Shown here piece by piece: positions 1 to 9,829 of a stretch of DNA of 64,000 bases. A model generated the notes under the pieces. That model was not told the origin of the DNA. It was given only the letters and a program-made list of their open reading frames with translations, and searched no databases. The DNA lies in assembly GCA_023663465.1 (NCBI GenBank), contig JAMPHJ010000002.1, positions 26,039 to 90,038 of the forward strand, in the 5' to 3' direction. Each line of letters opens with the position of its first letter. Position 1 is the first letter of the stretch. The translations under genes were made by a program, and so were the position numbers. This DNA comes from Muribaculaceae bacterium. GTDB taxonomy: Bacteria; Bacillota; Clostridia; Lachnospirales; Lachnospiraceae.

Positions 1-1
1 A

Positions 2-784
2 AAAGCCTTGGCGGAGCAGTTGTTTGGCGATGAGAATAACTGTATCCGTTTCGATATGAGTGAGTTTTCAGAGGCGCAGGCTGACCAGAAATTATTTGGC
101 GCGCCGCCCGGATATGTGGGCTATGAGGCAGGAGGACAGTTGACCAATGCTATCAAGGAAAGACCTTTTTCTATTTTATTATTTGATGAGATAGAAAAGG
201 CGCATCCGTCCATTATGGATAAATTCTTACAGATACTTGAGGACGGCCGCATGACAGACGGTCAGGGGAATACGGTCTATTTTTCAGAGACCTTGATTAT
301 TTTTACAAGTAATCTTGGAATCACACAGAAGTATATCGATGCAAACGGCAGGGAACGAAGGGAACAGCTAGTATTTCCAAGCGAAACCTATGAGGAAATC
401 GAACCGAAAGTATTGAGCGCCATCAAAGACCATTTTAAGCCGGAGGTTTTAAACCGGATAGGAAACAATATCATCGTTTATGATTTTATCAGACCGGAAG
501 CGTCGAAAGCCATTGTGAAAGGACAGATTTCCAAAATTAATGCGCGTATTGCGAAACAAAATAAAATCACAATCAATGTCCCGGAAGATGTTTACGAATT
601 TTACTATGCACAGGCAAATCATGACGAAGTCCTGGAAATGGGCGGCAGGGGAATCGGAAATATGATGGAAGAAAAATATATTAATTCTTTAGCGGAGTTT
701 ATTTTTGAAGCGGATTGCAAAGAAGGCGATTCCATAGCGGTTGTTGTGGATGGCGATAAGGTAAAGTTTGTAAAAGCAATTTAG
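2..784 (+). CDS. ClpA/ClpB-type AAA+ ATPase, C-terminal (AAA_2-like) part; 5'-truncated by the window edge
   Basis: The frame is open from position 2 (KALAEQLFG...). Motifs: FDMSEF, pore loop GAPPGYVGY, Walker B LLFDEIEKAH, LEDGRMTD, IFTSNLG. Sensor-2 reads GGRGI rather than the GARPL of housekeeping ClpB/ClpC. Confidence 0.9.
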   Translation, partial: KALAEQLFGDENNCIRFDMSEFSEAQADQKLFGAPPGYVGYEAGGQLTNAIKERPFSILLFDEIEKAHPSIMDKFLQILEDGRMTDGQGNTVYFSETLIIFTSNLGITQKYIDANGRERREQLVFPSETYEEIEPKVLSAIKDHFKPEVLNRIGNNIIVYDFIRPEASKAIVKGQISKINARIAKQNKITINVPEDVYEFYYAQANHDEVLEMGGRGIGNMMEEKYINSLAEFIFEADCKEGDSIAVVVDGDKVKFVKAI

Positions 785-807
785 AGAAAGGGGCATGGTT
801 ATTCGAT

Positions 808-1572
808 ATGTTTTCCTATGCAGGCAAAGTAGATATAGGAGTATATGAGAAACAGAATGATGATAGATTGCTAATAGGCTCTCATATACTGACGGATGGG
901 GAATTTTCAGACAGTACGGAGAAGGATTATATTGTTGCGACAGTTTGTGACGGTGTGGGCGGTATGGTGGAAGGATACCGGGCGGCGATGATTGCTCTGG
1001 AAACCTGCAGCCATTTGAACAGACCGGGAGTTACGACTGTGGACATCAAAGAGATGATAGAAGTATCTAACAGACGGATACGGAACATACAGAGTATGGA
1101 AAATCTGCAGAATGGTTTAAGGACGACGATAGCAGGAATCTATGCGGATAAAGAGCATTTTATCGTATTCAATGCAGGAGATAGCAGAGTATACCGGTTT
1201 CGTTTTAAATATTTCACCCAGATATCCAAGGATCATTCATTGGTGCAGGAGCTTATTGATATCGGTGAAATTACTCCCGACGAGGCTAAGGTGCACCCAA
1301 AGAAAAATATTATCAATAAATGTTTAGGCAATGAGGAAACGGTGAATCCAAGAATTGTAGATATGTCGGATGATTTCGCAGAGAATGATATCGTTATGAT
1401 ATGTTCGGACGGAATCTCAGATGAAGTTTTAGATGCTGAATTGAAAGAGATTCTATTGGCGCATAAGCAGGATGAATCCCTGCTTGAATGCTGTAGACTG
1501 ATAGCGCAGAAGGCTGTAGAAAAAGGGTCAAAAGATAATATGAGTGTTATTTTGCTCAGGAAGGGAGCTTAG
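808..1572 (+). CDS. PP2C/PPM-family Ser/Thr protein phosphatase
   Basis: NDDR, VCDGVGG, NAGDSRVY, SKDHSLVQ, ICSDGISD and GSKDNMS motifs; no TM segment. Confidence 0.95.
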   Translation: MFSYAGKVDIGVYEKQNDDRLLIGSHILTDGEFSDSTEKDYIVATVCDGVGGMVEGYRAAMIALETCSHLNRPGVTTVDIKEMIEVSNRRIRNIQSMENLQNGLRTTIAGIYADKEHFIVFNAGDSRVYRFRFKYFTQISKDHSLVQELIDIGEITPDEAKVHPKKNIINKCLGNEETVNPRIVDMSDDFAENDIVMICSDGISDEVLDAELKEILLAHKQDESLLECCRLIAQKAVEKGSKDNMSVILLRKGA

Positions 1573-1576
1573 AATA

Positions 1577-3973
1577 ATGGACGATGAAAGAATCCCCACG
1601 ATGCCGCAGGCGGAAGACAGTTTATCTGAACGGATACCAACGATGCCGCAGATGGAGGACGGTGTATCCGAACGGATACCGACGATGCCGCAGATGGAGG
1701 ACGGTGTATCCGAACGGATACCGACAATGCCGCAGATGGAAGATGGGTTATCCGAACGGGTGCCGACGATGCCCCAGGGACAGGCGGACGCAGATGGACG
1801 CGTGGCGACGATGCCGCAGCAGGGAATGACACAGAATGGCGTAGTAGGCGGAAGGCTTATTGTTACATCCGATATTCATTTTACTGGCGATAAGGGATTG
1901 TCCTTTGTTATCGAATCGAATCATGTGGTAAGCGCGGACAGCGGTGAGTCGCAGATTTACGGCTGCCATAAATCAATTGGAAATGAGAAATATGTCGCAA
2001 GAATCCTGATTTCCGTTACCCCGGAATCAGATGCGGACAAAAGATTAACGCGCGATAAGGTGATTCGTTTCCTGGATAGTATCAGTGCAAAAGAAGACAG
2101 TCATATTCTGCCATTAATCGAGCATGGAACAGCCAATATCAATGGAAAAACCTATTTTGTAGAAATTTATCCATTCTGCGAAAGCGGTGATTTAGGCAGA
2201 CGGAAAGGGCAGATTTCTTATCAGGAATTACATGATGAAATCATCCCGGCATTAAATGAGGCGCTGCATCTCTTCCATAATGCCGGATTGGTACATAGAG
2301 ATGTAAAACCGGATAATTTATATCGGTATAACGATAAAATTGTCATAGGTGATTTCGGTATTACCTGTGATTTGCGGACGGATGGTTTTGCAACGGATAG
2401 GTATAAGACCGGAACCTTGGGCTATTATGCGCCGGAGCTGATGTCTCAGGCCGCTATTACATCATCAGATTATTATTCCTTCGGACAGACGATATGGACC
2501 CTGTATTATGGAGAAATGATGTATCGGAATCTTTTGCGCCGCTGTAAGGCATACGGCATTGAAGAGCAGAGAAATCAGATTAATTTCGCCATGCTGAATA
2601 ATGTGTATTATGGATTAGAGGAAATAAGACCGGAGGACGCTTTTTTTGAAATATTAGTCCGGGGACTCCTTCAGTATGACCCGTCTAGCCGTTTCGGTTA
2701 TGAACAGGTGGCGCGCTGGCTCAGAGGCGATAAGTCGGTTGCCCGCGAGATTGCCAACTTTGACAGCAAGGGGACTTTCAAAACAGCGTTTGTCTATCAT
2801 GGCAAGGAATGCTGGGATAGCAATGATATTTATAATGTATTGGTTGAAGATTGGGAAAACGCAAAGGAATTGCTTTATACGGGCATGTTAAAAGATTTCT
2901 TTGTATCACAGGATTTCGGCATGTCCATTGAAATCGATAAGATAGTCAAGACCTACTCTACCCTGCGGGCGGATAATGGGCGTAAAGTGACCGATGAAGA
3001 AATTGAGACACAAAATGATATCGGACTTGGTAAATTTTTCATGCTTCTGAATAAGGGAGCGACGCTGGTATGGAGGGCGACACAGTATAAAAACTTTGAA
3101 GGGCTTGCCGCCCATATCGCGCAATATATCTATAACTCGGATTCTGGGAATGCCAATGCCCATTTTACAGATTTGCTTGGCTCAGATTTACTTGGATACT
3201 GGTACCAGTATCAAACGTCCGGAAAGGGAACCTTTGATGAAGGAATCGCAGATGTCATCAATCATATCAGATTGTTGGCGGGGGCGGATTCAGAGTGGGT
3301 TCAGTGGATTGCCTATGCGACGACTTGTTACCTTTTTGCCGGTAATTCGGAGGCGCTTAATTTCAGGGAATGTAAGACCTTAAATGAGATTGGAAAGTAT
3401 GTGGCAGAATTGTCCGGGGATTTTTATGCCGGAGTTGCCAGCGTCTTAACAAGCGCATTTTTCTATGGGTTTCTTTTTGCCAGCGGCTATGGAGAACATG
3501 CATGGTATATGATTAACCGAATCCAAAACGGCAGGGCGTATGAGGACGTCGAAATGCTTTTTGATTTATTTAACGCAGAAATAGATGATTCAGAAATAAA
3601 AAAAGCAGTTATGGATTGTTACTTGAAAAAAGGACCGTATGCACATTTATATTGGTGGAAGAACCATTTAGAGTTGTATAGTTTTCATTCCGCAGAGGCA
3701 GATGCCATAAAGACGGAAATAGAGAGCTGTGCGGTTTCTGGAAAGGATATTCAGCAGCTTCGGGAAGGATTTGCAAGGCTGGAACAGCTTGCGATTAGAT
3801 TCCGTGAAATGTTTGTTGATAATATATTCCTGGCAAGTCTTGGACTTAACAAAGGTAAAAACGATATTACGGCAGAGAAAGCGGCTGCCTATTGGCATTA
3901 TAATTTTCTGGACAGAGAGGCGCCTATCGGATTTCGTTTATACATTGAGGAAGGAGGAGTGAATCGTGGCTGA
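1577..3973 (+). CDS. Hanks-type Ser/Thr protein kinase with N-terminal TMPQ tandem repeats and a long helical C-terminal region of unknown function
   Basis: HRDVKPDN, GDFG, GTLGYYAPE and DYYSFG motifs. ATG at 1577 follows AAGGGAG, 4 nt after the PP2C stop (the ORF-track GTG at 1544 overlaps PP2C). The beta-3 position reads VAR rather than VAK. Confidence 0.9.
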   Translation: MDDERIPTMPQAEDSLSERIPTMPQMEDGVSERIPTMPQMEDGVSERIPTMPQMEDGLSERVPTMPQGQADADGRVATMPQQGMTQNGVVGGRLIVTSDIHFTGDKGLSFVIESNHVVSADSGESQIYGCHKSIGNEKYVARILISVTPESDADKRLTRDKVIRFLDSISAKEDSHILPLIEHGTANINGKTYFVEIYPFCESGDLGRRKGQISYQELHDEIIPALNEALHLFHNAGLVHRDVKPDNLYRYNDKIVIGDFGITCDLRTDGFATDRYKTGTLGYYAPELMSQAAITSSDYYSFGQTIWTLYYGEMMYRNLLRRCKAYGIEEQRNQINFAMLNNVYYGLEEIRPEDAFFEILVRGLLQYDPSSRFGYEQVARWLRGDKSVAREIANFDSKGTFKTAFVYHGKECWDSNDIYNVLVEDWENAKELLYTGMLKDFFVSQDFGMSIEIDKIVKTYSTLRADNGRKVTDEEIETQNDIGLGKFFMLLNKGATLVWRATQYKNFEGLAAHIAQYIYNSDSGNANAHFTDLLGSDLLGYWYQYQTSGKGTFDEGIADVINHIRLLAGADSEWVQWIAYATTCYLFAGNSEALNFRECKTLNEIGKYVAELSGDFYAGVASVLTSAFFYGFLFASGYGEHAWYMINRIQNGRAYEDVEMLFDLFNAEIDDSEIKKAVMDCYLKKGPYAHLYWWKNHLELYSFHSAEADAIKTEIESCAVSGKDIQQLREGFARLEQLAIRFREMFVDNIFLASLGLNKGKNDITAEKAAAYWHYNFLDREAPIGFRLYIEEGGVNRG
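1586..1819 (+). repeat. Intragenic 42-nt tandem repeat (14 aa, consensus ERIPTMPQMEDGVS), 6 copies, outer copies degenerate
   Basis: The Thr codon of TMPQ falls at 1598, 1640, 1682, 1724, 1766 and 1808, an exact 42-nt period. Confidence 0.95.
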
Positions 3974-5384
3974 TAGAAGTGTAATCAAATATTTTGAAAG
4001 TGCATATCAGGAAGCAAATGCCTATTCTCAAAAAGTCCTGGAAGAATATGAAAATATCGGTGCAAGCTATGTGAAAAAAGATAAGTTTTATACGCCCTTT
4101 TCTTCCAAAGAAATTGTATGGACGGCAGTATATTTAATTGTTGGTATTGCCGGTCTCATATTGCATGGGACTGCCTTTGGGTACATAGAAAAATATCTGT
4201 TTTCCAGATGGAAGTTTGACGTTTTGGAAGGATATCTTTCCTTAGTTTATAATCTGGCGTTTACCGGTCTGCTTGCCTTGGGAATCTGGTATTTATTTAA
4301 ACTCATCTATTCTATGAAGGTTAAACGCGAGCTTGACGATATTGCCAGACTTTCGGATTCCTTAAAAGCAGATTTAAAAAATTTGCGGGAACATGTAGAA
4401 GAGCGCATGGCGGAATTTTTTGCAAATCCCGGCGGGGTGTCGATTGGAAATGTGAATCAGCATGAAAACGCTCTTGAGAAATACAAAAATAAGGTGGATA
4501 CCATCGAGAAGAAAACCACACAGGCAAAAACGATATTTCTTTTCGTACTTTTTGCCGCATTGATGGTGATTCATTTTCTGTTTTTGGGAAGATATGCGGT
4601 TGTTTCCATCAAGGCGAGATATAGTTATCCCTCTACCTTTGTTGTGTGCAGTTCTTATTTACTACTTTTTGCAGTACTGTATGAATTTCAGATATCCACT
4701 TATGAGTATTTAAAAAGAACCACGAAGTATGTGGCGATTGCAGCGTTTGTAATTTATCAGGCTGCGATGGGACTGCTGATGAGAAAGTATGACCTTTTTC
4801 ATGGTATGTTACATATCAACAGCGATTTAAAAGAGGACGCCGCAGAGTGGCTTCTCATGATATATGATTTCTTAGAGAAATATATTTTGACGAAGGGAGC
4901 ATTGATTTTGATTGTGCCTTCCATTCTGTGCATTATGTTTATCATACGGACCGATGCGGAAAAAGACATCCGAATGGGCAGGGAAGGTTTTGTAGTTCCC
5001 ATGCTAGGCGCTGCGGACAGGGTATATTCTGCCACCCATACAAAAATACGAAATAAAGGAGCATTTATTGCAGGGGCAGCCTATGCGGCGATAGCGCCAA
5101 AATACATGGCACAGATACTAGGGAATAAAATGTCGTTTGGGCGGGTAGTGTTGTATATTGTATTAGGCATGGTATGGTTTGGCGTCGGATTATTTTTTCC
5201 CGGAAAAGAAGGAAGAGCGGTATGTGGAAAGCGGCTTGACTGGGTAAAACATAGCTTTTTCGTATGCTACATGTTCCTAACGCTCGCGATGCTTCCGGGT
5301 TTTGATGTGGACAGGATTCTTCTTATCCTGCTCCAGCCTGCATTAACAATGATAGTATTTGGGATTATAGGGTTGATTATTTAA
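3966..5384 (+). CDS. Hypothetical polytopic membrane protein with a coiled-coil-like soluble segment
   Basis: GTG start after GGAGGAG, overlapping the kinase stop by 8 nt. Two N-terminal hydrophobic helices, a charged helical stretch, then about 7-8 more hydrophobic segments. Confidence 0.8.
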   Translation: MADRSVIKYFESAYQEANAYSQKVLEEYENIGASYVKKDKFYTPFSSKEIVWTAVYLIVGIAGLILHGTAFGYIEKYLFSRWKFDVLEGYLSLVYNLAFTGLLALGIWYLFKLIYSMKVKRELDDIARLSDSLKADLKNLREHVEERMAEFFANPGGVSIGNVNQHENALEKYKNKVDTIEKKTTQAKTIFLFVLFAALMVIHFLFLGRYAVVSIKARYSYPSTFVVCSSYLLLFAVLYEFQISTYEYLKRTTKYVAIAAFVIYQAAMGLLMRKYDLFHGMLHINSDLKEDAAEWLLMIYDFLEKYILTKGALILIVPSILCIMFIIRTDAEKDIRMGREGFVVPMLGAADRVYSATHTKIRNKGAFIAGAAYAAIAPKYMAQILGNKMSFGRVVLYIVLGMVWFGVGLFFPGKEGRAVCGKRLDWVKHSFFVCYMFLTLAMLPGFDVDRILLILLQPALTMIVFGIIGLII

Positions 5385-5399
5385 TAGGAAAGGAAAAGC

Positions 5400-6551
5400 A
5401 TGAAATTTCTACATTTAGGAGATTTACACTTGGGAAAAACTTTGAGTGATTTTGATCTGATTGAGGATCAGAGATATATCCTTGATCAGATTCTTTGTAT
5501 TGCAGATAAAGAATCTGTAGACGGCGTACTTATCGCAGGGGATGTGTATGATAAATCCATTCCAAGCGAGGCGGCTACGAAGCTTCTGGATTATTTCCTG
5601 ATTGAACTGGCAAAAAAAGAAATCAAGGTATTTATGGTGAGTGGCAACCATGATTCGGATGAACGTCTGAATTACGGGAGCGCCCTATTTGCATCTAATC
5701 AGATATTCATATCGGCTGTCTTTGATGGAACGCTTCATAAGCAGAGCTTTACTGACGGGGATACAGAGATTGACGTCTATATGCTTCCGTTTGTAAAAGC
5801 TTCCCAGGTAAGACATTATTTCCCGGATGCAGATATAGAGAGTTACGATGACGCTGTCAGGACTATTATAAGAAACACGCCTATCAATCAAAAAAATAAA
5901 AATATTCTGGTGGCACATCAATTTGTTGCAGGGAAGGGAGAAGACCCCGCCCTTGCAGGTTCGGAAAGCGTTGGAACACAGAGTGTAGGTATGGTTGAAA
6001 AAATCGGATACGACTGTTTTGATGGTTTTGACTATGTGGCATTAGGTCATATTCATTCTCCACAAAGGGTTGGAAGGGATGGGATTCGATATGCTGGTTC
6101 CCCGCTTAAATATTCACTTAGCGAAGCCAATAATGAAAAGTCGGCTCCTCTTATTACGGTATCAACAGAGATTAAGATAGAGCCTGTTCCCTTAAAACCG
6201 AAAAGGGACATGCGGCACATCAAGGGGACGATGAAGGAACTGCTGGATAAAAAGAATGTAAAAGCGCCAGAGGATTTCATTTATGTAACATTGACAGATG
6301 AGGACATCATCAATGATGCAATGGGAGTGTTTAGGCAGATATATCCGAATACAGTGCGGATTGACTACGACAATTCACATACAAGAGAGATTGAGCAGGT
6401 GGATATCAGCAGAATTGCCGAAAATAAATCTTTCTCAGAGCTAATCGGAGATTTTTACAGGCTGGTGTATGGCTGTGAGATTACCGAGGAAGAAATGGAT
6501 GTAATGAGGACAGCGGCACGGGAGGCAGGTGTTATCAATGAAGCCGATTAA
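5400..6551 (+). CDS. sbcD: Exonuclease SbcCD subunit D (Mre11-like metallophosphoesterase)
   Basis: HLGDLHLGK, IAGDVYD, SGNHDS, ALGHIH and RYAGSPLKYS motifs. Confidence 0.95.
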   Translation: MKFLHLGDLHLGKTLSDFDLIEDQRYILDQILCIADKESVDGVLIAGDVYDKSIPSEAATKLLDYFLIELAKKEIKVFMVSGNHDSDERLNYGSALFASNQIFISAVFDGTLHKQSFTDGDTEIDVYMLPFVKASQVRHYFPDADIESYDDAVRTIIRNTPINQKNKNILVAHQFVAGKGEDPALAGSESVGTQSVGMVEKIGYDCFDGFDYVALGHIHSPQRVGRDGIRYAGSPLKYSLSEANNEKSAPLITVSTEIKIEPVPLKPKRDMRHIKGTMKELLDKKNVKAPEDFIYVTLTDEDIINDAMGVFRQIYPNTVRIDYDNSHTREIEQVDISRIAENKSFSELIGDFYRLVYGCEITEEEMDVMRTAAREAGVINEAD

Positions 6552-9500
6552 ACTGATCATAAGCGCAATTGGTCCCTATGCCGGAAAACTTCCTGAAATA
6601 AAGTTTGATGCCTTTGAAGAAAAGGGATTATTTCTGATATCCGGAGATACCGGTGCGGGGAAAACGACGATATTTGATGCGATATGTTTTGCATTATATG
6701 GCACGACCAGCGGGACATATAGGGATACCAAAAATTTAAGAAGCGAATACGCCAGTGAGTCTGCCCAGAGCTATGTGGACTTTTATTTTTCCCATCAGGG
6801 GCGTGAATTTCATGTCTGGAGGCAGCCGTCTTATGAAAGGCGGAAACAACGTGGTGATGGCATGACATTAGAAAAAGAAAACGCGATTCTTTATGAAGAG
6901 GGACAAGCGCCGATAGAGGGATTGACTCAGGTTAATAATGCCGTAAAGGAACTGCTGCATATAGATGACAGGCAGTTTAAACAGATTGTGATGATTGCGC
7001 AAGGGGAATTCTGGGATTTGTTAAATGCGAAAACGGAGCAGAGAACAGAGATACTGCGTACTATATTTTTGACGAACGGTTATAAAAATATAGAGTATAA
7101 ATTGAAGGATAGAATGGATGCAAGCTATAAGATTAAGATAGAGACTGAACGCAGTATTATCCAGCACTTCGGGGATGTGTCGGCGGATGGAAAAGATGCG
7201 CTTTCTGGCGAACTGGAAAACCTTAAAAACAGAGTCAGACAATCTGAAAGTGCGTGGAATCTCGATGAAATCTTAGACCTCATGGAGCGTCTGATTTTGT
7301 CAGACAAAGAAAAATTAAAACGTATGAAAACAGATTTGAAAAAAGCGGAGACGGAGTTGGAAAAGAACAAAGAGAAGCTTGCGCTGGCCAGGAGCAATAA
7401 CAGCTTCATCGAGAAAAGAGATAGACTTGAAAAAGAAAAAGAAGAGCTTGAAAAAAGAAAGATGGAAATTGATGAAGAAAACCGGCTTTTAGACAGACAA
7501 AAGAAAGCCACCCGTAATGTGAGTCCGTCTTATGATGCATGGATGAAAAAGTGTAAGGAAGTATCTTCCACCGAAAAGCGGATTAAGACAACGGAATTAA
7601 ATCTAAAGACGGCTAAGGCAGCCGCAGGACAGGCCGAGGGAGCGCTTGCTGATGCCCAAAAACAGGAACCAGAGGTTGAGCAATTAAAGCAGACGATAAG
7701 CAGGATTGATGATGAGGAACAGAAATATCAGCAAAAAGAGGAACTTGAAGGAAAGCTGAAAGAACTTGAAAAACGCGATAAAAATATTAGCGCAGAGGAA
7801 GCAGGGTTAAAAGAAGATGAGAAATCCCTTAAAGAAAAGATAAAAGCCCTTGATAAGACAGTTAAAGAATTGAAAGGTAAGCCGGCTGAGTTAATAGAGA
7901 CAAAAAATGAAGGTGAAAAGCTGGAGAAGCTTTTGACAGATTTAAATGCAATAATAGAGGAACAAATTCCGGAAAGAGAGAAAAGGAAAAAAGCTCTTTC
8001 TAAAAAGCAGGAAACATTTTTAGATATACGCGGCAGATATGAGGAAGCGGGCAGCAGAAGAGAAAAGGCTGAGCGCATTCTCGAAGATAGCAGGGCCGGT
8101 ATTTTAGCGGGAAAACTTGTAGAAGGTAAGAAATGCCCGGTGTGCGGTTCCGTGCATCATCCAGAACCAGCCAAACTGAAAGAAACCTCGGTTTCGGAAG
8201 ATGATTTTAAGAAACTTCAGAAAGAAGAGTCGGAACTTCAAAAAGAAAAGGACAATGCAAATACAGAAGCAGAAAAAGCAAAAACATCGTTGGAGGAATT
8301 TGAGGGACAGCTTAGGATAACGATGTTGGATTGCATGGAAAGAACGCTCCTTTATAAGGATATGGAGCAAGCGTCTCTTGAGGAACTAATCAATGCAATA
8401 AAGGAAGCAGAAACGCAGGTTGCGGCGAAGTCAAAAGAAAATACCAGAAAATACAATTCCCTTGATAAGGATTGCAAGACACTTGAGAAGGCTGACAAAG
8501 AGCTTGAGACTGCACAGGGAGAAGAAACAGAGAAACTCACTGTGAAAAAAGAAAAACTCGATGAAAACAAGCAGAAGATAAAACAGGCGCTGACAGAAAC
8601 GAAAGCCACGCTAAAGACGCTTGAGAAATTGAGCTTCCCGGATTGGAAAACCGCAAAAAAAGAAAGAAAACAGGCGGAAACAAAGAAAAATAAAATATTA
8701 GATGATATCACGGAGGCAGAGAATAAAAAGAAAAAAGCTGATAACGATGTTACCGTTGCAATGTCAGGGCTAAAGACATGGAATGACAGCTTGAAACAGC
8801 AGCAGGAGGATGAAAAAGATTTAAGAAAGAAGTTGGATAAAGAAGTCCGTGCAAATGGATTTTCTTCTGTAGAAGAAATGCTGATATGGGTTGTGAAAGA
8901 AGAGGTTATTACATCGTCAGAAAAAAAGATTAATGAATATAAACAGGCTGTCGTGACGAACAAGAAACAGCTTGCCGATGCGAAGGCGGATGCCAAAGGG
9001 AAAAAAGTTATAGACATTGAGGCATTAAAAGCCGTATGCGATGAGCAGAACGCAAATGTAGATTTGATGAGGAAGAACTATAACAATAGTGAAAACAGAA
9101 GAAACACGAATGAAGAGAAGCAGAAGAGCATTCTTGGCAGAAAAAGAGAATTAGAAAAAGCGTGGGAAGAGCATAGAATCTGCCAGCGGCTTTATAGTCT
9201 GGTCAAAGGCACAACTGGAAACGGAAAGATTACACTGGAACAGTACATACAGGCTGCGGGATTTGATGGGATTATTGCTGCTGCAAACAGGCGGCTGCTG
9301 CCGATGAGCGACGGGCAATATGAACTGTATCGTCAAGAGGATTCTCTTGGTAAGAAGAGTAATAATTTCCTTGACCTTGAAGTGCTAGATAATTACACGG
9401 GACACAGAAGACCTGTGGGAAATCTTTCTGGTGGAGAAAGTTTTAAAGCTTCCCTGAGTCTTGCCTTGGGACTATCCGATACAGTGTCATCTAATCTTGG

Positions 9501-9720
9501 CGGAGTGCAGATGGATGCGCTCTTTGTGGATGAAGGCTTTGGGACATTAGACCGCAAATCAATAGATAGTGCGATGGAAATTTTAATGAATCTGACCGGA
9601 AGCAACAAGTTAGTAGGAATTATCAGCCATAGAGAAGAACTTATGGAAAATATTCCGCAGCAGATTAAGGTCAGGAAGACAAAAGAAGGAAGCCAGATTA
9701 CCGTCGAATATGATATATAA
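6538..9720 (+). CDS. sbcC: Exonuclease SbcCD subunit C (Rad50/SMC-like ATPase)
   Basis: Walker A GDTGAGKT, long coiled coil with central zinc hook CPVCG, signature LSGGE, Walker B LFVDEGFG; overlaps the sbcD stop. Confidence 0.95.
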   Translation: MKPIKLIISAIGPYAGKLPEIKFDAFEEKGLFLISGDTGAGKTTIFDAICFALYGTTSGTYRDTKNLRSEYASESAQSYVDFYFSHQGREFHVWRQPSYERRKQRGDGMTLEKENAILYEEGQAPIEGLTQVNNAVKELLHIDDRQFKQIVMIAQGEFWDLLNAKTEQRTEILRTIFLTNGYKNIEYKLKDRMDASYKIKIETERSIIQHFGDVSADGKDALSGELENLKNRVRQSESAWNLDEILDLMERLILSDKEKLKRMKTDLKKAETELEKNKEKLALARSNNSFIEKRDRLEKEKEELEKRKMEIDEENRLLDRQKKATRNVSPSYDAWMKKCKEVSSTEKRIKTTELNLKTAKAAAGQAEGALADAQKQEPEVEQLKQTISRIDDEEQKYQQKEELEGKLKELEKRDKNISAEEAGLKEDEKSLKEKIKALDKTVKELKGKPAELIETKNEGEKLEKLLTDLNAIIEEQIPEREKRKKALSKKQETFLDIRGRYEEAGSRREKAERILEDSRAGILAGKLVEGKKCPVCGSVHHPEPAKLKETSVSEDDFKKLQKEESELQKEKDNANTEAEKAKTSLEEFEGQLRITMLDCMERTLLYKDMEQASLEELINAIKEAETQVAAKSKENTRKYNSLDKDCKTLEKADKELETAQGEETEKLTVKKEKLDENKQKIKQALTETKATLKTLEKLSFPDWKTAKKERKQAETKKNKILDDITEAENKKKKADNDVTVAMSGLKTWNDSLKQQQEDEKDLRKKLDKEVRANGFSSVEEMLIWVVKEEVITSSEKKINEYKQAVVTNKKQLADAKADAKGKKVIDIEALKAVCDEQNANVDLMRKNYNNSENRRNTNEEKQKSILGRKRELEKAWEEHRICQRLYSLVKGTTGNGKITLEQYIQAAGFDGIIAAANRRLLPMSDGQYELYRQEDSLGKKSNNFLDLEVLDNYTGHRRPVGNLSGGESFKASLSLALGLSDTVSSNLGGVQMDALFVDEGFGTLDRKSIDSAMEILMNLTGSNKLVGIISHREELMENIPQQIKVRKTKEGSQITVEYDI

Positions 9721-9789
9721 TATCGTATTGTATTTGATAAATCAAAATCTGTAAACCGAACGTCTGATATATTGCTTACAAGACAGAGG

Positions 9790-9798
9790 TGTTATAAT
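9790..9798 (+). promoter_or_regulatory. Extended -10 promoter element (TGtTATAAT) upstream of the GNAT-primase-helicase gene
   Basis: Exact TGnTATAAT in the intergenic gap, about 30 nt before the RBS/ATG. Confidence 0.55.
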
Positions 9799-9829
9799 CA
9801 AATTGGAAAAAGTGAACGGAGGCGTCCCG

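Noticed and set aside
2-784. Calling the AAA+ gene housekeeping clpB/clpC or T6SS clpV
   Set aside because: The gene is truncated, has an atypical sensor-2 (GGRGI), and no heat-shock or T6SS structural genes are nearby, so no symbol was assigned.
1586-1819. 42-nt periodic repeat as a CRISPR array
   Set aside because: There are no unique spacers, the period is a multiple of 3 inside a coding frame, and no cas genes are present.
7021-9608. Long minus-strand ORFs (such as 8352-9017 and 7125-7511) opposite sbcC
   Set aside because: They are F/S/L-rich antisense shadows of a K/E-rich coiled coil, with no RBS or motifs.
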